A DNA stretch of 63,888 nt, filler included, from Reclinomonas americana ATCC 50394 (Eukaryota), in NCBI GenBank assembly GCA_048213135.1. It is 6 parts of 3 records of this genome, joined end to end, with 100 filler letters (N's around TTAATTAATTAA, not from the genome) between each part and the next. Parts side by side here need not be neighbours in the genome. Positions count along the whole stretch, not along the records: positions 21,703 to 35,678 come from PS015068.1; positions 35,779 to 39,991 come from PS015068.1; 4 more parts are not named here. One strand, 5' to 3'. This document shows, in pieces, positions 25,768-38,700 of the stretch; the stretch's first letter is position 1; each line of letters begins with the position of its first letter. The notes under the pieces are model-generated. The model searched no databases and was not told the DNA's origin. It worked only from the letters and a program-made list of their open reading frames with translations. A program made the translations under genes and the position numbers.

Positions 25768-26319
25768 CTCGTCTCTCGTCGTCGCGTACCGTCGTCCCGT
25801 CGTCCGTACCGTCCGTCCCGTACCGTACCGTACCGTTACCGTACCGTACCGTNNNNNNNNNNNNNNNNNNNNNNNNNNNNNNNNNNNNNNNNNNNNNNNN
25901 NNNNNNNNNNNNNNNNNNNNNNNNNNNNNNNNNNNNNNNNNNNNNNNNNNNNNNNNNNNNNNNNNNNNNNNNNNNNNNNNNNNNNNNNNNNNNNNNNNNN
26001 NNNNNNNNNNNNNNNNNNNNNNNNNNNNNNNNNNNNNNNNNNNNNNNNNNNNNNNNNNNNNNNNNNNNNNNNNNNNNNNNNNNNNNNNNNNNNNNNNNNN
26101 NNNNNNNNNNNNNNNNNNNNNNNNNNNNNNNNNNNNNNNNNNNNNNNNNNNNNNNNNNNNNNNNNNNNNNNNNNNNNNNNNNNNNNNNNNNNNNNNNNNN
26201 CTCCTTACCTTACCTCCCGTCCTACCTACTACGTCACCTCTCCTACCACGACACTTAGTTGGTCGACTCACCACCTACGTCCCACCTTCTTCCCTACCTC
26301 GCGACGCGACCACTCGTGT

Positions 26320-26368
<49 letters not shown>

Positions 26369-29298
26369 AACTCTCTCACTCATCGATGTCTCGCAGACCG
26401 CGCGCCGCGACTCACCTCCTCGCGACTCATCGCCCCCAAGTTTCGCACCTGCGCCAGCCTCCGCACGACCCTCTTCTCCGCCCGCACTCTCCGAGACACA
26501 GGCGCTGACTGGTCGTGTGCTCGACGGCATCATGGTGCGTCCGCAATCAACTCTCTCTCTCTCTCTCCCTCGATGTGCCCTTCTTCTCCTCACGCTCACC
26601 TCTCCGCAGGCGCATCGTGTGCTAGTCAAGATGAAGCGCGGCATGGGTGCCAATGTCACGAGTCCACAGAAGCAGACCAAGTTACTCGCCACACTCGACT
26701 GTCAGTGTCGCTACGAGTGTGTTGACTCCTTCTCTCTCCGTCTCTCTCTCTCTCACTGTGCCAGGTCATGGGGCTACCGCGATCGTCGAGCGTCGGCCTC
26801 GACAGTGCTCGACAAGAAACCGGTGCAGGCCTCGGCTGCGTCGCTCTCCGGCCTGCCCTCGTATGGACCCATTTCCATTGTGCCGACGGCCCCAGTTGCG
26901 CTGGCACGCCCGTTCGCCAGTCATTCTCTCACTCACTCACTGACACACACACACTCTCCCACCCCAGCCGCTTCCAACTCTTGCTGCTACACCATCGCCA
27001 CCGCCGCCGGCCTCGCCACCACCGCGCCAAATGCGAGCTGCTCTGTCTGTTACGCTCCCGGCGCCAGCCGCGTTGGTCGACGGGCAGACGGCATCTCCGC
27101 CGAAGCGCGACGCGTCCAAGTCGCCATCAAAGCGCGATGCACCAGTAGCTCCAGCACCACCAACTGGCGCATTCCAGCAGGCTGTGCAGAAGCAGCGACA
27201 GGAGCTGCTGCAGGATCGGAGGACAGTGCTGGAGAGCATGCGCCATCACACTCCGTCGCCATGTGCCTCGCCTCCGCACATGGCCACGTCGCAGATATGG
27301 GAGATCTTACAGCAGCAACCCGACGAGGCCCTGCGTGAGTGGCGCGACTCGTCATCTCCGCCGCACAGCTCGGGCGTGTCGATGCGACCAGCGCAGCCAC
27401 CGCAACCACCGCAACCATCGCATCGGCACCCAACAGACACCACCTCTCCAGTTCTCGTCATGTCCACCATGTCGAGGCCACATCCACCAGCTGGCGCCCG
27501 TGGCGCGCAGCGAACACCTGCGCGTCGTCTCACACCACGCCGTCGCCGCTCAGTGCCCGACGACCCTGCTGCTGTGGCGCTCATGGAGGTCGCAGAAGAA
27601 AGTGGCGCACCATCGGCAGCCTCACTGTCGCCCACGTACCATGACTCGGTGGACCCGTCGGCTGCACAGTCACCATTTGGTGTTCACCCAGCAGTTCTCA
27701 TGACCGAGGTGTCGTTCCCTGTCGGCGTTGTTGCGCCATCGGCTGCTGCCACCGCCGCAGATTGTTGCGTTGCTCTCTCTCTCCCTCCCTCACCCTCTCC
27801 CTCCTTTCAGCATACTCACGTCTCCAATTGCATGTGCAGTCGACGAGAGCCACTCAGACGCCGCGGACGAAGAGGACCGCCAACGCGTGTTATCGACCGG
27901 CAACTATAATTTCCGACTGGCCGGCGGTCACGAGCGGATATTACGAATGCAACGACACACCTACGATGTGGCCACGGGGAAGCGCGCCAAGGCAGTTGAC
28001 TTTGCTTTCCTGGCCGAGCGCACGAGTTGCGTCGGTGTTTCTCTGCTTCGTCCCCTCAAAACTGTCGACTCAACATTGGAGTCCGTTTCATTCACAGCGT
28101 CGCCGCCAGCGCATCGGGAGGAACCCGAGCGACTGGAGGGCATTGCTGTGCGTTGTCCAGTCTGCTGCGCGCATTCAGTCGCCTCTTGTCTCATTCACTT
28201 CATGCGTGTACCAGGTGCCATCCGCTCTGCACATGCCCGACAAGCAGGTCATGCCGCGAGTCGCTGTTGAACTGGCCAAGGCCAGCGTCGCCGATGACTC
28301 GGCTCGATGGAACAGTATTGGCGTATCTGGCGAGTGGCTTGTGAACAACCGATATCGACAGGTGGTGGTGCATCATCGTGCTCACCTCAGCGTCGCCCTG
28401 TGCGCAGATGCATTCCCTTACAAGTCGGCTCGCGGTCGTTCTCAGTTGGCGCCCACAAAGCAGCCGATTGACAATGGGTGCGTCGCGCATGTGTGTACGA
28501 CGCGCACACACACGCGCGCGCAGTCGACCTGACGCAAGTGCTCGCAGGTACCGAGCTCCGTCCCTGGCGCAGCTGAGCTCGCGCATGATTGCTGCACTGA
28601 ATGAGGAGCTCGCCGAGGCCGGCATGGCATCCGTGGCTGCGGCGACGGCGGCTGCGGCGGGCGGCCAATCTCCCACCTCATCGCCGTCGCAGTATAATGC
28701 GCTGTCGATTTTGCGCTCGCCACAGCATCCGCGCAAGACAATGCAGCAAGTCATGGAGGAGGAAGAGCAGGACCGATCGCCGAGGGTGAGTGTTCGAACT
28801 GCCGCTGCAAAAGCGCCGCATTGTGTGACTGACTGTTCTTCTCACGCAGGCGCCGGTGACCGTTGCCGACATGTCGCCCACACTGCAGGCGGCACCGCGA
28901 GCCAGAGTTTCGTCCTCCCGCAACTCTCATTCTGTTGTTCTACTGCTCACTCGGTGTGTTGTGTGCGTTACACAGCGAGCCAGCTTCGCCCTGCCACCAC
29001 TACCTCCGCAGCGTGTGGAACTGCCACCTCCGCTGCAGTGTGCTCTTGCAAATCCACTCAGTCCCGAAGAAATCATGCGCCTGCCAGTGGAGGGTGCGGC
29101 TCTCTCTCTTCTTGCATTCGCACAGGAAACCGAGTTTCTCATGATCGCTCGCTCGCAGACTTGGTGAAGAATCTGACCAGCGGACGCGAGACGCTGCTTA
29201 GTCCGTTGTCGGCGGGCTTTCGCACACTGGACGCCGAAGTCGCAGTTGCGTATGCAGGGTTCTTACGCTTGCTCAGCACCGTCCCTCACCCACAATGC
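25351..29298 (+). CDS. Hypothetical Pro/Ser-rich low-complexity protein (multi-exon); last exon probably 30086-30211 in the inverted contig
   Basis: Frame-consistent GT-AG introns from MSFIERQERTAQ.. onward and a long exon at about 26970-27767; no family recognised. Confidence 0.5.
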
Positions 29299-29464
29299 AN
29301 NNNNNNNNNNNNNNNNNNNNNNNNNNNNNNNNNNNNNNNNNNNNNNNNNNNNNNNNNNNNNNNNNNNNNNNNNNNNNNNNNNNNNNNNNNNNNNNNNNNN
29401 NNNNNNNNNNNNNNNNNNNNNNNNNNNNNNNNNNNNNNNNNNNNNNNNNNNNNNNNNNNNNNNN

Positions 29465-30001
29465 GAGTACCTGCCATTGGAGCCAGACGAGCTGCACATT
29501 GAGGAGAACGAGATTGTGGAGGTGATCAAGATCGAGGACGGCTGGTGCTACGGCCGTGTGCACGACTCGGAGCGAGTGTTGCGTCGCTCTCCGCGTGCCG
29601 TTCGTGTCGGAGTGGTGTGTGTTTTTTGTCTTGTTCACTTGTGTGTCCGTCTGCAGTGGCTGGTTCCCGGGCAACTTTATCGTGTACTTGGACCAAATCA
29701 CGCAGCTGGAGGAGGGCAGATTCCGCCACTACGGTCGCCCCAACTGGGACGAGATCTTCTCGTCCATTTCCACTGAAATCGCCGCGGAGAATGCGCAGAC
29801 AAGTGGCGATCTCCGTTGCGTGACACGTTGACGAGTTCCACATTGGCTTTTTGCGTATGGGTACTGACAAACACGACAAATGCAGGCGCTGGCGTGTTCT
29901 TCTGCGGTCCGTACGTGATGAGCCAGGGCATTTACAAGGCCGTCGCCAAGGCCACCGGCAGGGGCCGCGTGGTGTTCAAGTACCATAAGGAGAGCTTCTG
30001 A
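29465..30001 (+). CDS. NADPH oxidase C-terminus containing an SH3 domain (contig probably inverted in the scaffold)
   Basis: EYLPLEPDELHIEENEIVEVIKIEDGWCYGR..GWFPGNFI (SH3) runs directly into LDQITQL..HYGRPNWDEIF..GVFFCGP..FKYHKESF* (NOX terminus). Confidence 0.92.
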
Positions 30002-30752
30002 GCTGCTCGCGGAACTTATCAAATTTTTGTGTGCATGGTGCGGCAGTAAAAAGCATTACTTGACACGCTTCTTCAATCCACCGCATCACCTGATACCACG
30101 CGACACATCAATGGATCGGTAGTACTCGCCGAGAGTGCTGCCACTACGTCCGCTGCCGTGACTCATGCCGCTGACGAGCGACATGCGACGCGGTGCTTGT
30201 GTGATGCTCTGNNNNNNNNNNNNNNNNNNNNNNNNNNNNNNNNNNNNNNNNNNNNNNNNNNNNNNNNNNNNNNNNNNNNNNNNNNNNNNNNNNNNNNNNN
30301 NNNNNNNNNNNNNNNNNNNNNNNNNNNNNNNNNNNNNNNNNNNNNNNNNNNNNNNNNNNNNNNNNNNNNNNNNNNNNNNNNNNNNNNNNNNNNNNNNNNN
30401 NNNNNNNNNNNNNNNNNNNNNNNNNNNNNNNNNNNNNNNNNNNNNNNNNNNNNNNNNNNNNNNNNNNNNNNNNNNNNNNNNNNNNNNNNNNNNNNNNNNN
30501 NNNNNNNNNNNNNNNNNNNNNNNNNNNNNNNNNNNNNNNNNNNNNNNNNNNNNNNNNNNNNNNNNNNNNNNNNNNNNNNNNNNNNNNNNNNNNNNNNNNN
30601 NNNNNNNNNNNNNNNNNNNNNNNNNNNNNNNNNNNNNNNNNNNNNNNNNNNNNNNNNNNNNNNNNNNNNNNNNNNNNNNNNNNNNNNNNNNGAGGAGAAC
30701 AAAGATTGGGTGAGTACACACACATTGAGCTCGGTGCACGCATCTCCACTCA

Positions 30753-32836
30753 CCGGCACCAATCAACACGAGGTAGTCGTACGCCCAGAAATGCTCGGCC
30801 GGCGCTCCAAACGGTCCATCAATCATCATGAGCGGCGATTTTTCCTGACACCCATCAACGTGAGCTGACACGAGCGACGCACACAGCGAGTGGAGCGACG
30901 GAGCGACGGAACTGGCGTAAAGTGGACGACCTGCTTGCGATCGGGGTTCATGTGCTCCGCAAGCGCTCGGGTCCAGTCACCGACGCAGCGAATGTGGAAC
31001 TCGAGGTACTGATCGTCGGGGCACGAGGTGATGGTAAACGGATGCCACTCGTGGTAGCTAATGGCGTTGCAGTTGATAAAGGCGTACTGGCCAGACTTGG
31101 ACTTGAAGCCCTCCTTTTGCAGAATGACGTGGATCACATTGGAGGGGAGATAGCGGACCTGCGGCAGGATATTTGGATCAGTCGACGAGAAACAACAGGA
31201 GGAAAAACTAACACAGTCGAACCTCCACCACTGACGTCTTGACGTGACCGCGGAAGATGCGCAGGATGCGCTCAATGACGTACAGCGTGCCGGGGCCAAT
31301 GAACCAGTGCCAAAAGTTGCGGCCTGTGCGAGCGGAGGGCACAAGTGAGCAACGCGAATAGCGAGAGAGACACACACACAGATACTTCTCAATCAGCACG
31401 CACCATGCACCAACAGCAGCACATAAAAGGCGATAAACAGGTGATGCACGACCCAGAAGACGCTGAAATTGTGCGTCTGGCGGTATCCCGAGTGCGCGGC
31501 GGCGTACATTGGCACCATGACAATCACCAGCAGTTCGCCCGTCACACCAAAACGATTGGTCCACGACGCATCGGCGGGGCTATAAATCGGACCTGGCGAC
31601 ACAACAGAAAAAACAGTGAGTGAGTCGAGTCAGGTCGTGAACGACAGCGGAGCACAGCAGCTGAACTTGCGGGGTTGTACAGCGGTGAGCAGCACGACTG
31701 CATAAAAAACAAACAACAACAACAAAAGTCAGTCGCGAGTGTGTGCGCGATTGAGATGGTGGCCACCGTCACGCAACATAGTTAAAATAGTGCGCCATGC
31801 TGTATCGTCAAGAAGGAGAGACCATAATTAGCAGGGGGAAACGGAAGGAGAGAAAGAGACAGCACGCAACCCGTGAGCCGCGCCACAAATGGCGATCCAG
31901 TACGCGACCTTGATGTGGAACTCGATATTCACATCCAGGTCAATAAACGACGAAATGCGAATCGTGCGTAGCCTGCGCGCACACCACACATCAGCCACAC
32001 ACACAAAACACACACGGAATAGAAAAATGCATGGGGGAATATACCATGACAAGAAGGTTCGCATGACACCGAACAGAATCGCTGCGCAGTTGAGATTCAA
32101 CATGCCTCCAAAGAAACTGCACAACACGTGAGCACAGAAGCAACAACAACAACAACAAAAAGCACCGGGTCGCACTCACCGAGCAACCTTGATCCACGGA
32201 GGCGCAGCCCAGTAATCTGCACAAACACAACAAAACACACGAGAAACGTACCATACAAGCACCAAAAGTACACCAAAAGCACCATATACACAATGCATTC
32301 ACAAGCGTGAGTTGGCTCAACTGCATGTTCGCGCATGAGCGTTCACACAAACAGACGCAACAGTACAACCACACTGCGCCACTGTGAGACATACACACAG
32401 AGAGAGAGTGAGTGTGAGAGTGAGAGAGGAGAATCTTATTGTCCGCGCGATCATGATGCGGACGGTAACGACGCTCGATGCATGCATGTTGTGTTGTGAG
32501 TGAGAGAGTGTGTGTGTAAGAGAGAGAACAGAGTGAAGAAGAGAGTGCGTGCGTGTGTGCAAGTGCGCGTGTGTGTGTGAGAGAGAACGCAACACAGCCA
32601 TGTTGCCGGCGACATAGAGCAAGATGAAGATGATGCGGTGGCCCTCAATCGCCTGCACACATACGCACACACACACAAGCAACAACAACAAAGGAGATGA
32701 GCATCACACTCTCTCACTCTCTCTCATTGTGTGCGCGTGTGTGTTGTTACGGAACCCAATACTCGCGACGCGTCTCTGGCTCACAGAAGCGCTTGCGCCA
32801 CGTGGCCCAGAAGCGACCAGTGAAGATCGACCACAT
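30753..32836 (-). CDS. NADPH oxidase (NOX2/NoxA type, no EF hands): transmembrane and FAD-binding part
   Basis: EYWAIEGHRIIFILLY; VARFFGGMLNLNCAAIL; EFHIKVAY..AAHG..AHYFNY; FWVVHHLF..LLVHG; GQYAFINC..EWHPFTITS; HIRCVGDWT; IDGPFGAP; LVLIGAG. Confidence 0.95.
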
Positions 32837-33267
32837 AGAAACTCTCACACAAAACACACACAAAAGGCGAGAGAGCAAGTGACTTCCGACGAATCAACCA
32901 AGACCATCTAATCGAGTTCGAAAAAGGTGTGATTACGTGTGTGCATCTCTCTGTGTGTCTCTCTCTCTGTCACAGTTGCGCGTTGTTATCAGTCGTGTGT
33001 TACGTTTCCAACTCACACACACCTTTTTTTCTTCTTGTGTGTTTTATCTTCTTCTCACACACTTGCGCGCACTCTTGTCTTGCACACTCATTGCACATGA
33101 GCAGCATGTATCCATTCATCTTTGTTTTCCATCACTGTGTTCTTTCTCTCTCTTTTTTTTTCGCTCTTTCTTTCTTTTTCTCTTTCCTCTCTCTCTGATG
33201 ATGTGTGCATTGTGTGATTGATCGCATATCGCTTTTTCTGATGCAGCGAACATTTTTCTCTTTTAGA

Positions 33268-35678
33268 ATGCGAATCGCTGTGCTGGTGTCGTCTTATGAA
33301 GGCTCTGTGTCGCCTTGCAATGGACTTGATCCCGGTTTGTCTCTCTTTCTCTCTCTATTATGTCTCCTCTGTCTCTCACTGACCGTTGCGTAGATGTCAA
33401 ACCCGAGATTTGGCTCGAGCGAATGGGGCACACTGTTGGTGAGTCGGCTTTGCTGTCTGTGTGTATGTGCGTTGTGCGAGCGACATGTGATGAAAGGTAA
33501 AAGGGATGACAGCGGTGTGATTATGAGAAAGCGAGGGAGGGAGTGCGAGTGCGAGGATGAGCGGAGAGAGAGAGATGCGAAGTGGATGGCTGCTGTGTCG
33601 CTGCTGCCCGGTTTTTTGCTGTGTGCGCGCGCGCCGGCGTGTGTCCACTGCTGTTGCTGCGATCCACGCGCTCTCTCTCTCTTTTGCTGTTCCCTCTTGC
33701 GCTTCACTCGCTCTCTCGCTCTCTCCTCTGCCGCCGCTGCATGATCTCGCACTTGATCTCTGATATGCGATTCCACATTCCCGACTGCGTCACACACCGC
33801 GCTGCCACCACCAGAACCACACACGACTGACCGCTCCTCTCTCTCTCTCTCTCTCTTTGTGCGCAGACACATACGCAGTGAAAAAGGCGTCGGCGGTGAG
33901 GGAAATCACACAGATCGCCAAGAAGCAGTACGACTGCTACCTCAACTTGTGCGACGGCGCGTGGGACGAGGACCGTGCTGGTGCCGAGGTGGTCGATGCA
34001 CTCGAGCGCCTGAATGTGCCGTTCACGGGTGCCGACACCAACTTTTACGATCCGTCACGCGAGGCCATGAAGCGTGTCGTCGTGTCACATGGTCTGCGGA
34101 CGCCGGCATGGCGCTTTTGCTACGATGCGGCGGTACGTGTGTCTACTTTTTTTCAGTGTCATGGTACTTGTGCGCTCACCTCATTGCTCTGCACAGGCCG
34201 TGGAAGAGGTGGTGCAGCTGGCGGCGATCGGCACCGATCTGCGTTACCCACTACTGTGCAAGCACCCGTGTGGCTACAATTCGGTGGGCATGACGAGGAA
34301 TTCGCGTGTCACGGACGCGGACTCACTACGTGCCGAGGCGCTGCGGTTTATCGATGCTTTTGGTGGCACTCTGATTGAGGAATTCATTGACGGACGCGAA
34401 TTCACGGTGCTGGTCAGCGAGAGTGCCGACGACAAGAGCAATCCAATCACGTACCAGCCGGTATCTCTCTTTTTCTCTCTCTGCTTGTTTCCCTCTCCCA
34501 AAGGGCTGACCCTCTTTCTTTCCCCGTCAACAAGGTGGAGTGCCGCTTCCCGGAGGGCGAAACGTTCAAGCACTTCGAGCTCAAGTTTGTGGACTACGAG
34601 GGCATTGAGTGGTTCCCGGTGACGGAGCCAGGCATCGATCGTCGTCTGCGCGAAATGGCCAAGGTGGTCTTCTCGGGTCTGAACGGCCGTGGCTACGGTC
34701 GCCTGGACGTGCGTCTGAGCCAGCACGATGGGGAGTTGTACTTTTTGGAGATCAACCCGCAGTGCGGAGTCTTTGTTGCGTCGGTGGCAGGGTAATTGAA
34801 TGTGTGTGTGTGTCGCCGCGACTGACGCGGATGCGTCGCAGTATCCACCGGGTCTGTTTGGCAGCGCTGATTTCATTCTGGATCGCGATCCGGAGGCGAG
34901 CCACGAGTCGTTCCTGGCCGCCATTATCGGCTCGGCCATGCGCCGGCACACCGAAAAGATGCGTCGCGACGTGGTCGAAGTGCGGCATATGCGGCAATCG
35001 GGGTTCGGCCTGTACGCCAAGCGCGACATTGATGTTGGCGAGGTGGTCGATCACCTGGAGGTATGCTTGCTCAGCGCTTTTGTCATCCCTCCTCTACTCT
35101 CTCTAATACTCGTTGCGTGCCAGGAAACCACTCCGCATTACCTCGTCTCCAAGCGTCGTGTGGACGAGGAGTGGGGCCCACTGTACCAGCAGTGGTTCCG
35201 CGCATATGCGTATCCACTAAACGACGACGTGTGGGCCATGTGGTCGCCCAATCCCATGGACTGGAAGCCGATTAATCACTCGTGCGAGCCGAATGTGTGG
35301 TTGGACGGACTGAACACGGTGGCCTGCCGTGCCATTCGCCGTGGTGAGCAACTGACCATCGATTACGCGACATTTGTGATCAACTGCGAGCCGTTCGACT
35401 GCACGTGCGGCACCAAGACATGCCGCAAGCGCATCACCGGCAAGGAGTGGACCGATCCGGCCATTCTCGATCGCTACGGCGCCACCCACGTGTCGGGTTA
35501 CATTCGGTACAAGATGCGCACCACGCAGGCCATTGCCGACGCCTACGCCGGTGCCTCGACGGCCTCCTCCTCGGAGGACGAGCTGGCCTGGCCGCCAGCC
35601 GACGAGCCAAAACGCGGTGTCGGACACGGGCGCCGCAGCTGCGACGGCGGCGACCGGCAACCGCGTGTGCTGGTGGGT
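33268..35678 (+). CDS. D-Ala-D-Ala ligase-like ATP-grasp domain fused to SET/post-SET domain
   Basis: NLCDGAWDEDRAG..LNVPFTG; YPLLCKHP; LIEEFIDGREFTV; YGRLDVR..YFLEINPQCG; then GFGLYAKRDI, INHSCEPN, GEQLTIDY, FDCTCGTKTCRKRI. Confidence 0.92.
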
Positions 35679-35778
35679 NNNNNNNNNNNNNNNNNNNNNN
35701 NNNNNNNNNNNNNNNNNNNNNNTTAATTAATTAANNNNNNNNNNNNNNNNNNNNNNNNNNNNNNNNNNNNNNNNNNNN

Positions 35779-38700
35779 CCTCGTGGTGCTCATCAACCAG
35801 ATGCTGCGGCAGCACATCGCCCGGTTGACGCGGCGGCAAAAGCAGCGGTCCCGTTTTCAGCGCCTCATTTGAGCGCAGCACCTCCTCCTCGATCATGTAC
35901 TGCTGATCAAAGTCCAGCGAGTACACCTCCACTGGCACATTGCTGTGGTTCTGCAGCTGGAAGAAGAAGTCCTCGCCCTTGAACGGCATGGTCGGTGGGA
36001 AGGAGATCTGCGGCGGCTCGATTGCCATGTGCAGTTCCTCGCCGACACCACGGCATTGAATCGCGTGGCTGGCGGAGCTCTGGTTGCACTTGATGGTGAG
36101 CTTGGCCTGGAAGGTGCGCTCCTTGTTCGGCACGAAAGTGACTGCCACATTGATGCGCTCGTCGGGCATTAGCGTGCCCTCCGACGGCACGCACTGGAAG
36201 CGTGACTCGTCGCTGCGCGCCTCGGTGCTCGGCTTGAAGGCCCACTCGCACGGCAACTTCTTGGCATTGTGCAACTGCACCACCATGGTCTTTGACTGGC
36301 CACACAGAACGCTGCATTCGTAGGCAAGGGAAACCAAACATCCATCCTCGTAAGCAACAGACATCGAACAACAATAGCAACAGCAGACGCAACGTGTCAA
36401 AGTCCAGTCGACTGGTGGACAGGTTCACGTCGGGAATCACAATGTTGGCGCGCAGCAGCAGATTCACATTCGGCGAGCCCTTGATGTGCACTGGCACCAC
36501 GCGCTCCAGTGGACCCTCGGGAATGCTCTGTGCGCAGCGTGTGCGCCGTGTGAGTCTCACTGTACCCGTCGTCGCACAATCATACGCGCAGCAGTACCTT
36601 GGACTGGAACGTCAGCGCCACCTCCACGGCTTCGTTGTTCGGGGCACCGGGAATGCGGCCAAACTTATCGGGCTCCATGGAGAAGCCAGTGTTCAGCATG
36701 GCGCGCTTGTCAAAGTTGAGCGACACTTGCGAGTAGCCCGTGTTGACGATGCGGAATGCCTTGCGCTTCACCGAGCCGCGGACCACATGGCCAAAGTCGC
36801 AAACGTAAGTGCTCAGCGACAGGCGCTCCGTCGACAGTTGAATCACTGCACGAGTCAATGAGTGGTGTGAGAAACACAGACAAAAAGAGGGAGAGACGCG
36901 AATCACACACGCACATCCAGTGGCCGTGTTCGGACGGTTCGTGCCCGCAGCAGTCGCGGTGGCGACGGCCGTTGTCCGTCGTGACGCGGCTGCTGTCGCG
37001 CCCATGGTGGTGGACGACACCGGGGTGTTCATGAGGAGGTCGACAAGCGCAAGGCGCTCTGTGGCGTGACACAGCACAGACAGGAGGGTGAGGAGACAGA
37101 CACGCACGCACGCACGCGCACATTGCTTTCTTTGTCAGCCTGCATACCTGCTTCGGCCTCAATCTCCACTTGCTGCGGGGTCTTCATCATCATGGAGCCA
37201 GCGCCGAGTGCAGACGGGCTGAACGGCAGGCGCAGGAAGATAAGTAATGGTGACGAATGAGGGAAACACTCACGTGTCGCACGCACCTCTGAGCACGCTG
37301 GACTCCCACCACACTCTGCGTTGGAGTCGGTCCCGTGGAAGTGGCCTGGCGCGACGGTGGGTTCTGCGTACGACGCACAAGGTGCGCCAGAGCCGCGTCG
37401 GCCACTGGCAGCGGAGTTTCGCCACGCGACACCAGATCAGCGGCACGCTGCAAGAAGCCGCTCATTTCATCCGACTTGAGCGGCAGCGTAATCATCACAC
37501 GCGGGAAGGTGCCGATGCAGCGAATCGTGATGGGCACCGGATCAAAGTGCGCCACCTGGATGTAGAAGCGCTCGACCACCACGTCGGGGATGTATGGCAC
37601 GAACTTGACAGACAGACGGCGCGAAGCGTTGGCATCGACACGCGCTGCACACGAGATATGAGTGAGGGCGCGCACACTTTCTGGCCCACACACACGCACA
37701 GCAGAGAGACACACACCATTGTCGGGGCGCACTGTGATCCGTCCCGGGACAGAGATGCCACTGAGATCGACAGTGTAGGTGAACGGGACGGCGCTGGTGT
37801 TGACCAGTACGACCTCGGCGTCGGTGGGGCGGTCGAACTGGATCTCTCCAAAATCGAGTTCCTGGTTCTCCACACGGAACGACATGGCCGCCGTCGAGCC
37901 CGACAGAGAGACCACGTACGAGGGGCCGCCGTCCACCTCGCACACGGCCTTGACGGTCTGCTTGCTGTTGGGACGACCGCTGAACAGAATCTCCGTTTGT
38001 TCTGATTGGCCCGGCTGCAGCACGTTGTGCAGGGGGAGAATGTCGAAATAGTTGCTGATGCCGTCGAGCATGGCAGCTGAAAGGACGCAAAACATGAGTC
38101 GCCAGAGGAAGAGAACAAAGCCATCACATTAAGGTTCGTGACTCACCATCAACTTGGCGACCCTCGGGAATGTCGCGCTGCAGCACCCAGCGGTAGGAGA
38201 CCGGCAGACGGCTGACATTCGTCATGTTGAGCACGGCCGACTTCTCGCCCTGATTGACAATGCAACCAAAGTCGACGACATCGGTCTCCAGCTGCAAGTT
38301 GGGGAAGTTGATGTCGGCCGTCAGTGTCACGCCATCGCGCTGCGGGTGGTCCGCGTAGGTGATGAGCAGCTTGTTGCGAATCTTGTGGGACACACGATCG
38401 CCTCGGTAGGTCGGATCCATCTCCACACTGACACTGGCCGACTGCTGCGGCTGCAGCGACAGGTGCGTCTGGTCCACAATAAACGGTGCAGGCGGTCGCA
38501 ATGTGAACGTCAGCGGCAGCGCAGACACGTTCTTCAGCGTCAGCGGCTGCGCCAGAGTGTTCTCCTCCTGGTCGGGTGCATACGAGAAGGAGAACGGCAC
38601 CTCCGTGTGCGAGAACTCCAACAGCGGCACACCAACGTCGGCCGACACGGTCAGCTCGTAGGCCACAAAGGTGGTCTTGCCGAGAGTGATCTTGCACTGG

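Noticed and set aside
25780-26290. CCGTA / CCTTA short repeats as a satellite or CRISPR
   Set aside because: No spacers; they flank a gap after a CT microsatellite and look like degraded read ends.
25351-30001. Fusion of the Pro/Ser-rich gene to the SH3-NOX C-terminus
   Set aside because: Contig inversion explains both neighbouring incomplete genes more simply.
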